Source: Verrucomicrobiaceae bacterium (lineage in GTDB: Bacteria > Verrucomicrobiota > Verrucomicrobiia > Verrucomicrobiales > Akkermansiaceae). From it: a stretch of 64,000 nt of DNA. The DNA is taken from contig JBPOGH010000009.1 in NCBI GenBank assembly GCA_051252135.1, positions 32,001 to 96,000 of the forward strand, read 5' to 3'. The position numbers were made by a program, and so were the translations under genes. This document shows positions 1 through 10,108 of the stretch, one piece after another. The notes under the pieces are model-generated. The model ran no database searches. It saw only the letters and a list, made by a program, of their open reading frames with translations, and was not told where the DNA came from. Numbering within the stretch: position 1 is the first letter of the stretch; every line of letters starts with the position of its first letter.

Positions 1-2
1 GT

Positions 3-221
3 GATCTGACTCCGGAGCAACTGGTGCTGATTTATTCCTTCGCCTATTACATGCAGAGTGAGTCGGGACGGCTTACTTCCTTTGCCAATATGATCCGGCG
101 GATTGAGTCGAACTCGCAGGTTCCCGCTCCGATCGAGATTGCCAAGTTGTTTGGCTTCGAAACGGTGGAGGCCTTTGACGCCGACTGGACGGAATTCGTA
201 AAAAGCACCAAGTTCAAATAA
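3..221 (+). CDS. Hypothetical protein, C-terminal fragment (runs off the window start)
   Basis: The frame is open from position 3 to TAA at 219-221, 9 bp before the next gene. No recognisable motif. Confidence 0.6.
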   Translation, partial: DLTPEQLVLIYSFAYYMQSESGRLTSFANMIRRIESNSQVPAPIEIAKLFGFETVEAFDADWTEFVKSTKFK

Positions 222-230
222 CCCCATTCC

Positions 231-1613
231 ATGAAATTTATTAAAACCTCACTCGCTCTTTTCTTCGCGCTCTTTGCTCCGCTCGCCTCGGGCCAGCAGG
301 AGGGAGTTGAACAGGAGTATCGCACCTTTACCGGGAGCAACGGAACGGAAATTGAGGCGGTGCTTCTCGATCGTAATGATGAGGGGAAGATTGCGGTGCT
401 GTTATTGAAGAACGGAAGCCGGGCCAATGTCCCTTTTGACAAGCTGAGCGCCGAGGATCTTGAGTATATCAAGGCGTGGTCGCGGGAGAAGGCGATCTTT
501 TTGAGATCGTGCCAGGGTCTGACTGTCAGACAGCTGCTGGAGTTGCGCGGGTATGAGCCGATCCGGTTCGAGCTTGAGGGGAATGCGATCATGCTTCCGG
601 GCAAGTTGAACGGGAAAGAGGTGAAGGTGCAGGTTGATACCGGTGCGGGAACGACCCTGATGCACCTGCCAACCGTTGAGGCGGCCGGTTGCAAGGTGGG
701 GCCTCTTGAGCACAAGATTTGGGGGGTTGCGGGATTCCAGCCTGCGGGTATCGCGGAGGTGCCCAGTCTCGAATTGGGGAGCAGCATTTTCAAGGATCAG
801 GAGATCATGGCGGCGGACCGGAACTTCAACATGCCGAAGGGATTCAAAACCAATGAGGACATCCTTTTGGGTGCGGAATATCTCATCAAGCTGGAGACGG
901 TGATTTCCTACAAGGAGCGGGTGATCTTCTTCCGCCCTGACAACTCCGACCGGGTTGAGATTGAGAAGAAAGGTGAAGGAGACGACGACTTCAGCTTCCG
1001 TATTTTCACGCAAAAGAACGGCAAGAAATTGCGGGGCAAGATGGTTGGGAAAACGGAGACCTCGGCCAAGATTCAACTGCAGAACGGACAGGAGAGACTG
1101 GTTTCCTTTAGCTCGTTGTCACCGGAGGATTCGGAATATGCCTTTGGCTGGAGTGAGCAGAAGGCGACCTTTATGCAGCATTGCCGGAGTCTTACGGTGG
1201 AGGAGCTTCTTGATCTGCGGCGTTATCAGTCGTTCCAGTACAAGCGCGAAGGGAATCACATCTTTGTGGATGGTACGCTCAATGACCACGAGGTGCTGTG
1301 GATGATTGATACCGGAGCGGATAGCAGCCTTCTGCATCTTCATTGGGCCGAGAAATTCGGTTGTGAAGTGGGGCCGATGAACAAGAAGGTTTATGGGATC
1401 GGAGGAAGTGCTCCGGCGGCGGCGACCAAGATTGACAAGATCACCCTCGGCGATGCCACGCTGACCAACCGCCTGCTTCTGGCGACCGATTTGCGGCGCA
1501 ATTACGAGGACAAGGAGCAGAACTGGGTAGGGCTTTTTGGAGCGGATTACATGCGGGAGCTCGATGCGGTGATTACTTATCGTGAGAGCCGGATCTTCCT
1601 GAAGCCGAACTAG
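231..1613 (+). CDS. Secreted aspartyl protease family protein; two tandem (SHD1-like + retropepsin-like) units
   Basis: Signal peptide. Two DTGA motifs (VDTGAGTT, IDTGADSS), each followed by a [LF]GA[ED]Y motif. Each protease unit is preceded by an R.FT..NG...LS.ED.EY...W domain. Confidence 0.8.
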   Translation: MKFIKTSLALFFALFAPLASGQQEGVEQEYRTFTGSNGTEIEAVLLDRNDEGKIAVLLLKNGSRANVPFDKLSAEDLEYIKAWSREKAIFLRSCQGLTVRQLLELRGYEPIRFELEGNAIMLPGKLNGKEVKVQVDTGAGTTLMHLPTVEAAGCKVGPLEHKIWGVAGFQPAGIAEVPSLELGSSIFKDQEIMAADRNFNMPKGFKTNEDILLGAEYLIKLETVISYKERVIFFRPDNSDRVEIEKKGEGDDDFSFRIFTQKNGKKLRGKMVGKTETSAKIQLQNGQERLVSFSSLSPEDSEYAFGWSEQKATFMQHCRSLTVEELLDLRRYQSFQYKREGNHIFVDGTLNDHEVLWMIDTGADSSLLHLHWAEKFGCEVGPMNKKVYGIGGSAPAAATKIDKITLGDATLTNRLLLATDLRRNYEDKEQNWVGLFGADYMRELDAVITYRESRIFLKPN

Positions 1614-1646
1614 GGATCGAAGGGAATTTTCCACGATGGTGGATCG

Positions 1647-1678
1647 AAGGCCGGGGCGGGAAGCTCCGGCCTTTTTTT
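1647..1678 (+). terminator. Rho-independent terminator
   Basis: Stem AAGGCCGGGGC / GCTCCGGCCTT followed by a T run. Confidence 0.8.
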
Positions 1679-1715
1679 GAGTCGATTTTTTTCGGGCAGG
1701 GAGGATGATTGGAAG

Positions 1716-2483
1716 ATGTTATTTGGTCGAATCGGAGTGATTTTTTTGTTGGGGCTGACGGGGATGCGGGCGGAGCCTGTGAGGGAGTCCCTGCCGAAGG
1801 AAGTGGCCGGGGAGATGGTGTCGCTGAGTGCGGATTATTGGGTTTTTGGCAAAGGGGATGTGAAAGAGGGGGAGAAGCTTCCGTTGATTATTTATCTTCA
1901 CGGGGCGGGGGGAATCGGGACGGACCTGGGGCGGATCCGGCGGCAGCCGCAGGCGTTGCTGGAGACGGTGGCGAAAGCGGGGAAGCGGTGTTTGTGTGTC
2001 GCTCCGCAGGCGACGCGGAACCCGATGGAGCATCGGGAGAAGGGTGGGTGGGTGCCTGCGGATCTGAATCGTTTATTGGGTCATCTGAAGAAAACGCTGC
2101 CGGTGGATGTGAAGCGCATTTATCTGACGGGGTCGAGTATGGGGGGGTATGGGACGTTTGCGTGGGGGGCGGATTCACCGGAGCATTTTGCGGCTTTGGC
2201 GCCGATGGTGGGAGGGCTCGGAGAGGGGGGGCCGAAGGACGTGACGAAGGAACTTGAGCGGTGGGGGAAGCAGTTGGCGGGTGTGCCGCTGAAGGCCTTC
2301 TATGGGGCGGAGGACCGGGTGGTGCCGCCCGATCGGGGAGAGATGATTTTGACCGCCATCAAGAAGGCGGGAGGGACGAAGGCCGAGGTGATGGTATTGG
2401 AGGGTGAGGGGCACGGAGCGGGGCGGGTCCCCTATGGCGACGTGGGGTTTGTGGAGTGGTTGTTTGGTCAGAGGAGTGAGTGA
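1716..2483 (+). CDS. Secreted alpha/beta hydrolase (esterase/peptidase-like)
   Basis: YLHGAG oxyanion motif, G-S-S-M-G-G nucleophile elbow, late D (EDRVV) and H (EGHG). Signal peptide from ATG 1716. Confidence 0.8.
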   Translation: MLFGRIGVIFLLGLTGMRAEPVRESLPKEVAGEMVSLSADYWVFGKGDVKEGEKLPLIIYLHGAGGIGTDLGRIRRQPQALLETVAKAGKRCLCVAPQATRNPMEHREKGGWVPADLNRLLGHLKKTLPVDVKRIYLTGSSMGGYGTFAWGADSPEHFAALAPMVGGLGEGGPKDVTKELERWGKQLAGVPLKAFYGAEDRVVPPDRGEMILTAIKKAGGTKAEVMVLEGEGHGAGRVPYGDVGFVEWLFGQRSE

Positions 2484-2549
2484 GGTTCGTCCGAACTTCG
2501 GATAGGAGAAAGGTGCTTGTGGCGTAGGTGTGAGGTGATTCACTGCGGC

Positions 2550-5420
2550 ATGGGTATTTTTCGAGGGGTTGTTGGGCTGGGATTTCTGGCGGCCAGCGCG
2601 TCTGCGGAAGTGCGCTTCAACCGGGATATCCGTCCGATCATGGCGGACAAGTGCTTCAATTGTCATGGGGCGGATGAGGGATCGCGGGAGGCGAAGCTGC
2701 GGCTGGATGTGCCGGAGGAGGCGCTTGCGGATCGGGGAGGGGTGCCGGCGATTGTTCCGGGCGATCTCAAAAAGAGTGAGATGATTTTTCGGATTTTTAA
2801 TGACGATGAAGATGAGGTGATGCCGCCTCCGGATCATCCGCATCAGTTGAGTGATGAGGAGAAGGAGACGTTGAAGCAGTGGATTCTTGAGGGGGCGAAG
2901 TATGAGGGGCACTGGGCTTTTGCGCCGGTTGGGGAGCCTGAGGTTTCCGGTGATTCGTCGTGGGCGAGAAATGGGATTGATGGCTTTGTGCTGCGGGCGA
3001 TGGAGGAGAACGGGTTGAGCCCCCAGGTGGAGGCTTCGCGTGAGACGTTGATTCGTCGTCTTTCGCTTGATTTGACCGGGTTGCCGCCGACGGCCGAGGA
3101 GGTGTCCGCTTTTGTTGAAGACACCTCGCCTGATGCGTATGATAAGCTAGTGGATCGAATCCTGGCGTCGCCCCATTATGGTGAGCGGATGGCGATGTGG
3201 TGGCTGGATGGAGCGCGTTATGCGGACACGCATGGCTTTCAGGCAGATTGGGAGCGGTATCAGTGGCCGTGGCGGGATTGGGTGATTAGGGCATTCAATT
3301 CCAATATGCCATTCGACCAGTTTACGATTGAGCAATTGGCGGGTGATCTTTTGCCGGAGGCGACGAACTCACAGATTGTGGCGACGGGGTTTAACCGGAA
3401 TCATCGGATCAATACCGAGGGTGGGGCGTTGAATGAGGAGTGGTTGATTGAAAACGTGATTGATCGGGTGGAGACGACGGGATCGGTTTGGATGGGGCTG
3501 ACATTTAATTGCTGCCGTTGTCATGATCACAAGTATGACCCGATTTCGCAGAAGGAATTTTATCAGTTCTTTGCGTTCTTCAACAATGTTCCGGAGGAGG
3601 GAAAAGGGCCGGGGAAGGCGGGGAATTTTGATCCGGTTGTGAGAGTTGATGATCCGGAGCATGATTCTTTGATTGCGCGGCTTAGCGGGGAACTTAAGCG
3701 GGCGAAGGAAGAAGATGAGGTGAATGAGCAGCCTGTGACATCGTGGCAGATCGTGGAAGACATGACGGTGCAGTCCGCGGGAGGCACGGTCTTTGAGGCG
3801 CAACCGGATCATTCTTATCGGGCGGCGGGGCCGAACCCGGTGCGGGACACCCGGACATTTTCGTTTCGAGGTGATGGGAAGCGATTGACGGCATTTCGGA
3901 TAGAGGCTCTTCCGGATGCGTCATTCGCAAACGAGGGATTTGCGCGGAAGGGGAACGGGAACTTTGTGGTAACGCAGCTTTCGGCAGAGATGGTGGAGGG
4001 GGAGGAGAGGAGGCCGCTTCAATTGGTGCGTCCGGTGGCGAGTTATGAGCAGAAGGGTTTTGCGATTGGGAATGTTCTGGATGGGAAGGCTACTACGGGC
4101 TGGGCGGTGGATGGGAACTCCAAGCAGGAGCCCAGGGAGGCCCTCTTTGAATTTGAGAAGCCGGTGACTGTGCGGCGTGGGCAGTCGATCGAGGTGACAC
4201 TCAAGTCCGAGCAGCACACGCATCATCATGTTGACCGGTTGCGTTTTTCTCTGACTTCGGATGAATCTCCCTCCATTGACGGGAAGAGAATCTCGCCTGT
4301 GGTGGCGCGTCTTGAAGGGGAGTTGAAGGCGGCGAAAGCCCGGCATCCCACGGTGATGGTGATGAAGGAGATGGCTGAGCCCCGGCCGGCTCATCTTCTG
4401 GAACGAGGTGAGTATGATAAGCCGGGGGAGTTGGTCACGGCGGCCACTCCGGCGTTTCTTCCGGCCTTGGGGGTTGAGAATCCCAACCGGTTGGATTTGG
4501 CACGATGGCTTGTCCGGCCCGATCATCCGCTGACGTCCCGGGTGCAGGTGAATCGGCTTTGGGAGAATCTTTTTGGGGTGGGGTTGGTGGAGACTTCGGA
4601 GAACTTTGGAGTGCAGGCGGATTATCCGTCGCATCCCGAGCTGTTGGATTTTTTGGCCAAGCGATATGCGGAGAACTGGGATACCAAGGCGCTTCTCAAG
4701 TTGATGGTGAGTTCAGCCACTTATCGGCAGCGGAGTCATACAGATTCCCTTCGCCAGGAGAAGGACCCATTTAATCGGCTTCTGTCGAGGGGACCGCGGT
4801 TTCGGCTGCAGGCGGAAATGATTCGCGATCAGGCTTTGGCGGTATCCGGATTGCTCAATGCGAAGATCGGCGGGCCTTCGGTGCGACCTTACCAGCCGGA
4901 GGGGATTTGGTCTGAGACCAATTTTTACGGGAACCTTCGGGACTACAAGCATGACACCAACGGAGGACAATATCGGCGCTCGATTTACACGATTTGGAAG
5001 CGCACGGCAGCGCCTCCGGGGATGACGCTTTTTGATATGCCGAGCCGCGAAATTTGTACGGTGAAGCGGCCGCGGACGAATACGCCGCTTCAAGCGCTCG
5101 CGCTTCAAAATGATCCGACCTATCTCGAGGCGGCCCGTGTCCTGGCGGAGAAGGCGATGTCCGGTGGCGGTGCTCCGGCGGCCTGGATTGCGAGGGCGTT
5201 CCATCTGGCGACTGCTCGAAGCATTTCGGCCGAGGAGCTGCAGGTTCTCGAAGCAGGATACTTGAGGCGGCTGTCTCATTTTGAACTATCTCCAGAGGAC
5301 ACGGAGGATTTCCTGAGCCCCGGTGAAGCGGTGGTGAAGGAGCCATCGGCCCAGCTTGCCGCCCTGACGACGACGACCTCACTCATCCTCAACCTCGACG
5401 AAGTCATCACCAAAGAATAA
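2550..5420 (+). CDS. PSD1 and planctomycete cytochrome c domain protein (PSCyt1/DUF1549/DUF1553)
   Basis: [52 protein letters not shown] and TNTPLQAL motifs. Confidence 0.9.
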   Translation: MGIFRGVVGLGFLAASASAEVRFNRDIRPIMADKCFNCHGADEGSREAKLRLDVPEEALADRGGVPAIVPGDLKKSEMIFRIFNDDEDEVMPPPDHPHQLSDEEKETLKQWILEGAKYEGHWAFAPVGEPEVSGDSSWARNGIDGFVLRAMEENGLSPQVEASRETLIRRLSLDLTGLPPTAEEVSAFVEDTSPDAYDKLVDRILASPHYGERMAMWWLDGARYADTHGFQADWERYQWPWRDWVIRAFNSNMPFDQFTIEQLAGDLLPEATNSQIVATGFNRNHRINTEGGALNEEWLIENVIDRVETTGSVWMGLTFNCCRCHDHKYDPISQKEFYQFFAFFNNVPEEGKGPGKAGNFDPVVRVDDPEHDSLIARLSGELKRAKEEDEVNEQPVTSWQIVEDMTVQSAGGTVFEAQPDHSYRAAGPNPVRDTRTFSFRGDGKRLTAFRIEALPDASFANEGFARKGNGNFVVTQLSAEMVEGEERRPLQLVRPVASYEQKGFAIGNVLDGKATTGWAVDGNSKQEPREALFEFEKPVTVRRGQSIEVTLKSEQHTHHHVDRLRFSLTSDESPSIDGKRISPVVARLEGELKAAKARHPTVMVMKEMAEPRPAHLLERGEYDKPGELVTAATPAFLPALGVENPNRLDLARWLVRPDHPLTSRVQVNRLWENLFGVGLVETSENFGVQADYPSHPELLDFLAKRYAENWDTKALLKLMVSSATYRQRSHTDSLRQEKDPFNRLLSRGPRFRLQAEMIRDQALAVSGLLNAKIGGPSVRPYQPEGIWSETNFYGNLRDYKHDTNGGQYRRSIYTIWKRTAAPPGMTLFDMPSREICTVKRPRTNTPLQALALQNDPTYLEAARVLAEKAMSGGGAPAAWIARAFHLATARSISAEELQVLEAGYLRRLSHFELSPEDTEDFLSPGEAVVKEPSAQLAALTTTTSLILNLDEVITKE

Positions 5421-5422
5421 CG

Positions 5423-6838
5423 ATGTCCGTGCACCTTCAAGACGCTCTCAACCGCCGCACCTTTTTGGAACAGTCGGCTCATGGACTGGGCGCGCTGTCT
5501 CTTTCGGCTCTGGTTGCGCAGGCCACCGAGGCGGGGCTCCATCATGCGGCCAAGGCGAAGAGGATTATTTACATGTTTCAGTCGGGGGCGCCCTCCCAGA
5601 TGGATCTTTTTGATCCCAAGCCCGAGACGCTGAAGCGGTTTGATGAAGACCTTCCGGATTCCATCCGGATGGGGCAGCGGATCACGGGGATGACTTCGGG
5701 TCAGAAGCGGCTTCCGGTGGCTCCTTCGATTTTCAACTTTGATCAGTACGGGGAGTCTCGTACTTGGCTCTCCGAGTTGCTTCCGCATCACCGAAAGATT
5801 GTGGATGAGATTTGTATGATCAAATCGATCCATACCGAGGCCATCAACCATGATCCGGCGATTACCTTTTTTCAGACGGGGTCGCAGCTTGCGGGGCGTC
5901 CTTCGATTGGGTCCTGGCTTTCGTATGGCCTGGGGTCTCCGAACAAGGATCTTCCGGCGTATGTGGTGCTTACCTCGCGGGGAACCGGACGTCCGAATGA
6001 TCAGCCGCTTTATGATCGTTTGTGGGGGTCGGGGTTTTTACCGACGGAGCATGCGGGGGTGAAGTTCCGGAATGCGGGGGATCCTGTGTTGTATCTCTCC
6101 GATCCGAAGGGGATGAATCGGTCGGTGCGGCGTGATATGCTGGATGATCTCGCGTCGCTCAATGCGCAGCGGCACAGTATTGTGGGGGATCCTGAGATTG
6201 AGGCGCGGATTGCGCAGTATGAGATGGCGTTTCGGATGCAGGCATCGGTGCCGGAACTGACCGATGTGTCGGGGGAGCCGGAGCATGTTCTTGATCTTTA
6301 TGGGCCGAATGTGCGGAAGCCGGGGACCTATGCGGCGAACTGCTTGTTGGCGCGGAGGCTTGCGGAGCGGGATGTCCGTTTTATCCAGCTCTTTCATCAG
6401 GGCTGGGATCACCATGGAGGTTTGCCGAAGGCCTTGAAGGGTCAGTGTCAGGATACGGATCAGGCCAGTGCGGGGCTTCTTTTGGACCTCAAGCAGCGAG
6501 GGTTGTTAGAGGATACCCTGCTTGTTTGGGGCGGGGAGTTTGGCCGGACGATTTATTGTCAGGGGAAGCTGACGCGGGATAATTACGGGCGGGATCATCA
6601 TCCGCGTAGTTTCACGATGTGGATGGCCGGAGCGGGGGTGAAGAAGGGGGTGACGATTGGGAAGACGGATGACTTTGGCTACAATATTTTAGAAGACCCG
6701 GTGCACGTGCATGATTTGAATGCGACGATCCTTCATCTCCTTGGGATTGATCATGAGAAGCTGACCCACCGGTTCCAGGGCCGGCAGTTTCGGCTGACGG
6801 ATGTGCACGGGGAATTGATAAGGAAGGCGTTGGTTTAG
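5423..6838 (+). CDS. DUF1501 domain protein (sulfatase-like, Tat-like signal)
   Basis: RRTFL N-terminus, [26 protein letters not shown] and GRDHHP motifs. Usual partner of PSD1 proteins. Confidence 0.9.
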   Translation: MSVHLQDALNRRTFLEQSAHGLGALSLSALVAQATEAGLHHAAKAKRIIYMFQSGAPSQMDLFDPKPETLKRFDEDLPDSIRMGQRITGMTSGQKRLPVAPSIFNFDQYGESRTWLSELLPHHRKIVDEICMIKSIHTEAINHDPAITFFQTGSQLAGRPSIGSWLSYGLGSPNKDLPAYVVLTSRGTGRPNDQPLYDRLWGSGFLPTEHAGVKFRNAGDPVLYLSDPKGMNRSVRRDMLDDLASLNAQRHSIVGDPEIEARIAQYEMAFRMQASVPELTDVSGEPEHVLDLYGPNVRKPGTYAANCLLARRLAERDVRFIQLFHQGWDHHGGLPKALKGQCQDTDQASAGLLLDLKQRGLLEDTLLVWGGEFGRTIYCQGKLTRDNYGRDHHPRSFTMWMAGAGVKKGVTIGKTDDFGYNILEDPVHVHDLNATILHLLGIDHEKLTHRFQGRQFRLTDVHGELIRKALV

Positions 6839-8703
6839 TTTCCCTTCACGCCTGTTTTGTGGACGCGGGTGGGTTTGTCTTTGCCGATTTTGATGGTGTG
6901 TGGGTCGGCGGTGTAGACGGGGAGTTTGCCTTGGGATTCGTTCATGCGGGCGGTGTAGAGGATTTCTCCGGTGGTGTCGTTGCTGACCTGGATGACGGGG
7001 TGTTTGAGGTCGACGTTGTAGTCGAGGTGGGCGGTGGGTTTGCGGCCGTCGTTGTCACGGGCGTTGAAGGTGAGGGGCCAGCCGGGGAATTGGTGGTCGC
7101 CTTTTTCGGTGACGTTGGTGAAGCGCTTGTAGCATTCGAAGGTGACTTCGTTGGTGGATTTTTTGAAGCGAGCGAGTCCGTAGCCGTCGGCGCGTTGTGT
7201 TTCGTCATCGCGATTTTCAGGGTTGGCGTAGGCGAGCATGGTGATTTTGTTGCCGAGGCCGTCGAGGAAGTTTCCGGTCCAGGGGAGGGGGGAGTTGGGG
7301 ACGGGGTTGGGGCCGGCTTTTTCGTCGAGGGGGTGCCACCAGCGTCCGTAGATGGTGTTGACGAGGGCGGGGGAGGTGAAGGCGTAGGGGCCGTCATCGA
7401 ATGCGTCGATGCCGTGGCGCACGGAGACGGCGAGGTGTTGGTCACCGCAGAGGTGGGTTGCGCGGGCGCGGCGGATTTCGCGGAGGGCGTTGTTGCGTCC
7501 GGTTTGGGGCCAGGCGTTTGAGTCGAGGTCGGCGAGGAGGCGGTTATCGGGGCTTCCGTGGATGTGGACGGCGCCGCAGAAGGCGGTGGCGGAGAGGACG
7601 CATTTCATTTGGGCGTCGGTCCAGTCTTGTGACCAGTTGTTGAGGAATTTGAGTTGGCGGTCGCCGAGGAGTTTGAGGCCGTCGACATCAACAGCTTTCC
7701 GGTCGTATTTGGGATCGTTGATGTGGTCGGGGCGGGGTCCCATTTTTGGGATGGTGCCTTCGGGGCCGGTTTTAAATTTCCGATCTTCGATGATGGCGAA
7801 GGAGATGCCGCCGTAGGTGAGGTTGGTGAAGTAGACGCTGATGTCGCGTTTGATGGGGGTGGGGTCGACGGGGTCGGGGAGGTGCCAGGTTTGTTGGCGT
7901 TGGACCATGTTGACGTAGGCGGGGGGGTAGAAGTAGCCGCCGGAGGGGCCGGCTGGGTTGGTGGCGAGGATGCCTTCTTCGCCCCAGAGGTTGGCTTGGC
8001 CGACGTCGTGATCATCGGGGATGGTGATGGTGGGGCGGTCCCGCATGACATCGCGGAACTGGAGTCCGAATTCGAGCCAGCCGTAGGTGTGCTGGGTGTG
8101 GTTGTAGGTTTGGTCTCCGGCGAAGAAGAGGATGTCGGGGTTTTGTTGGATGAGGTTGTTGAGGATGAGGGGGCGGGGACCGGTGGTGCGGGAGGAGTTG
8201 CAGGAGAGGTTACCGACGGTGATGATGTCCTGGTCCTTGGGGTCTTTGCGGACGAGGCCTTCGAAGGTGGCTTTATCGGCGTGGCGAAGGCGGTAGGGGG
8301 TGTCTTTGGAGGAGTCCCAGCCGGTGATGCGGAAGTGGGCGGACCATCCGGGGTAGTGGATTTTTTCGGTGGCGATTTGTTTCCAGGTGTCGCCTTTTTT
8401 TACTTCGAGGCGGACTTCCTGGGTTTCATCGGGTTTGAGGGGGAAGAGTTGGGCGCTGAGTTTGAGGGTGTCGTTTTGGACGGTGTAGAGGGCGAAGCCG
8501 ATGACTTCTTCGCGGGGGACGTCGAGGTTGATCTTGAGGCGGTTGTTTTTTTTGCCTTTAGCGTCGGGTCCGCGGGTCCACCATTCGGCGGTGGCGCGGT
8601 CGTCGAGGGTGTGGAATTTTTTTCCGAAGACCTCGGCGGAGGTGGGCATGAGTTGGCCGTGTGCGGTGGCGAGGGTGAGGAGTAAGAGCGAGAAAAGTTT
8701 CAT
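6835..8703 (-). CDS. Secreted PhoD-like alkaline phosphatase/metallophosphoesterase
   Basis: Signal peptide, FAGDQTY, PDDHDV, IEDRKFK and CGDQH metal-binding motifs. Confidence 0.8.
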   Translation of the reverse strand: MKLFSLLLLTLATAHGQLMPTSAEVFGKKFHTLDDRATAEWWTRGPDAKGKKNNRLKINLDVPREEVIGFALYTVQNDTLKLSAQLFPLKPDETQEVRLEVKKGDTWKQIATEKIHYPGWSAHFRITGWDSSKDTPYRLRHADKATFEGLVRKDPKDQDIITVGNLSCNSSRTTGPRPLILNNLIQQNPDILFFAGDQTYNHTQHTYGWLEFGLQFRDVMRDRPTITIPDDHDVGQANLWGEEGILATNPAGPSGGYFYPPAYVNMVQRQQTWHLPDPVDPTPIKRDISVYFTNLTYGGISFAIIEDRKFKTGPEGTIPKMGPRPDHINDPKYDRKAVDVDGLKLLGDRQLKFLNNWSQDWTDAQMKCVLSATAFCGAVHIHGSPDNRLLADLDSNAWPQTGRNNALREIRRARATHLCGDQHLAVSVRHGIDAFDDGPYAFTSPALVNTIYGRWWHPLDEKAGPNPVPNSPLPWTGNFLDGLGNKITMLAYANPENRDDETQRADGYGLARFKKSTNEVTFECYKRFTNVTEKGDHQFPGWPLTFNARDNDGRKPTAHLDYNVDLKHPVIQVSNDTTGEILYTARMNESQGKLPVYTADPHTIKIGKDKPTRVHKTGVKGN

Positions 8704-8827
8704 GATGAGGAAGGTTGGCAAAGGGATGGAAGGAGGGCGATCAAGAAGTTGGCTGCGATTGTTGATGGGGAATGTCGTGGGGGGGTGGAGAGGTGAAAGA
8801 AAATCGGGGGAATTGAAGCGGGAAGGG

Positions 8828-8851
8828 TTTGTTCATTTTTAATTGAACAAA
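8828..8851. promoter_or_regulatory. Palindromic operator 1 (TTTGTTCA-N8-TGAACAAA)
   Basis: Perfect 8-bp inverted repeat 25 bp upstream of the GbsR/MarR gene. Near-identical copy at 9949-9968. Confidence 0.75.
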
Positions 8852-8876
8852 GGGTTGGGTTGTGGATGGTAGTGGC

Positions 8877-9365
8877 ATGCCGGAGACGGATGCCGTAACG
8901 GAGTTTGAAGACCGTGTGATTGAGTTCTTTTGTGACGGGGTGCGCCTTTTGGGGCTGCCGAAGTCGATTGGGGAGATCTACGGGTTGTTGTTTGTGTCGC
9001 GGGAGCCGCTCTCGCTGGATGATTTGGTGAGGAGGTTGGGGATCAGCAAGGGCTCGGCGAGTCAGGGTTTGAAGATGTTGCGTGAGTTGGGAGCGGTGCG
9101 TGAGGCGGAGGGGGAGAATTTGCGCCGGAGTTATTTTGAGCCTGATGTGGAGCTGAAGCGTTTGGTGGGGGGCTTTATCAAGGAGCAGGTGAGGCCGCAT
9201 TTGGCGAGCGGGGAGGAGAAGTTGGCGGGACTTCATCAGCAGGTGGAGGAGATGGAGCCGAGCGAGGATACGGTTTTTTATGAGGAGCGGCTCAAGAGGC
9301 TGGGGCGGTGGTCGAATCGGGCGAAGGTGGTATTGCCCCTGCTGCAAAAATTCCTCGGTAAATAG
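8877..9365 (+). CDS. GbsR/MarR family transcriptional regulator
   Basis: GLPKSIGEIYGLLFVSREPLSLDDL..RLGISKGSASQGLKMLRELG winged-HTH pattern. Confidence 0.85.
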   Translation: MPETDAVTEFEDRVIEFFCDGVRLLGLPKSIGEIYGLLFVSREPLSLDDLVRRLGISKGSASQGLKMLRELGAVREAEGENLRRSYFEPDVELKRLVGGFIKEQVRPHLASGEEKLAGLHQQVEEMEPSEDTVFYEERLKRLGRWSNRAKVVLPLLQKFLGK

Positions 9366-9920
9366 ATGGAGACCGATTCACAGCCAGCCTGGTATGTTCT
9401 GCGATCGCAGGTCAAACGGGAGGGTATGGCTGCGAGGAATCTTGCGCAGTTGGAGGGGGTGGAGGTGTTTTTACCGAAGCTGCGTTATTTGAAGACGACG
9501 CGTCGGGGGAAGGTGTGGTGGGTGGAGCCATTGTTTCCGGGATATTTGTTGGCGAAGTTCGACCGGGTGGAATCGGCGCGGGCGGTGACGCATGCGCACG
9601 GGGTGAGTCATTTGGTGGGATTTGGGGATCAGGTGCCTGCGGTGCCGGAGGGTTTTGTGGAGAGTCTGAGGGCGGAGGTGGCCAAGTATCAGCGGGATGA
9701 GGGAGAGATCGTGGTGGGGTGGAAGGTGGAGGTGGGCGCGGAGGTGGAAATCGCCGACGGTCCTTTTAAGGGAATGGAGGGAAAAGTGGTGGAGGTGCGT
9801 CCTGCGGCGGAGAGGGTGAGTCTGCTGTTGGATTTTCTTGGGGAGGAGCATCCGGTGGAGGTGGACCTTTACAGCTTGATCCTTTCTGGTCCTGACTTGC
9901 CGGAGGGGTTGCGTCATTAG
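9366..9920 (+). CDS. RfaH/NusG-paralog transcription antitermination factor
   Basis: NGN domain (WYVLRSQ, EPLFPGYLL, GVSHLVGFG..P.VP) plus KOW domain (GAEVEIADGPFKG). Lies directly upstream of the glycan operon. Confidence 0.88.
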   Translation: METDSQPAWYVLRSQVKREGMAARNLAQLEGVEVFLPKLRYLKTTRRGKVWWVEPLFPGYLLAKFDRVESARAVTHAHGVSHLVGFGDQVPAVPEGFVESLRAEVAKYQRDEGEIVVGWKVEVGAEVEIADGPFKGMEGKVVEVRPAAERVSLLLDFLGEEHPVEVDLYSLILSGPDLPEGLRH

Positions 9921-9948
9921 ATTTTCTAAACAATTAAGATGTCCACAA

Positions 9949-9968
9949 TTGTTCATTTTGAATTGAAC
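9949..9968. promoter_or_regulatory. Palindromic operator 2 (TTGTTCATTTTGAATTGAAC)
   Basis: 19/20 identical to 8829-8848. Lies in the AT-rich intergenic region upstream of the glycan operon. Confidence 0.75.
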
Positions 9969-10081
9969 TTTACCGGTTGGCGTGTGTCTATCAGTGGTGA
10001 CGAGGCCCTTAGCGGCCGTCATTCCTAAATTTTTCTCTCTCCAGAAGATGGTTTTTTCCGACATTCGGATGATCGACCAAT

Positions 10082-10092
10082 GGCGGCAGCGT
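10082..10092 (+). promoter_or_regulatory. ops-like element GGCGGCAGCGT
   Basis: One mismatch from the enterobacterial ops GGCGGTAGCGT. Ends 16 nt before the first operon ATG, downstream of the RfaH-like gene. Confidence 0.5.
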
Positions 10093-10108
10093 CTTCGCTC
10101 TTAAAATT

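Noticed and set aside
6835..6838. Convergent genes sharing overlapping stop codons (TTAG), also at 63552-63555
   Set aside because: This is a common feature of compact genomes, with no evidence of a special function.
6859..8685. Plus-strand G/V/D/E-rich ORFs (6859-7521, 7654-8685)
   Set aside because: They are shadows of the minus-strand PhoD-like gene, which has clear catalytic motifs.
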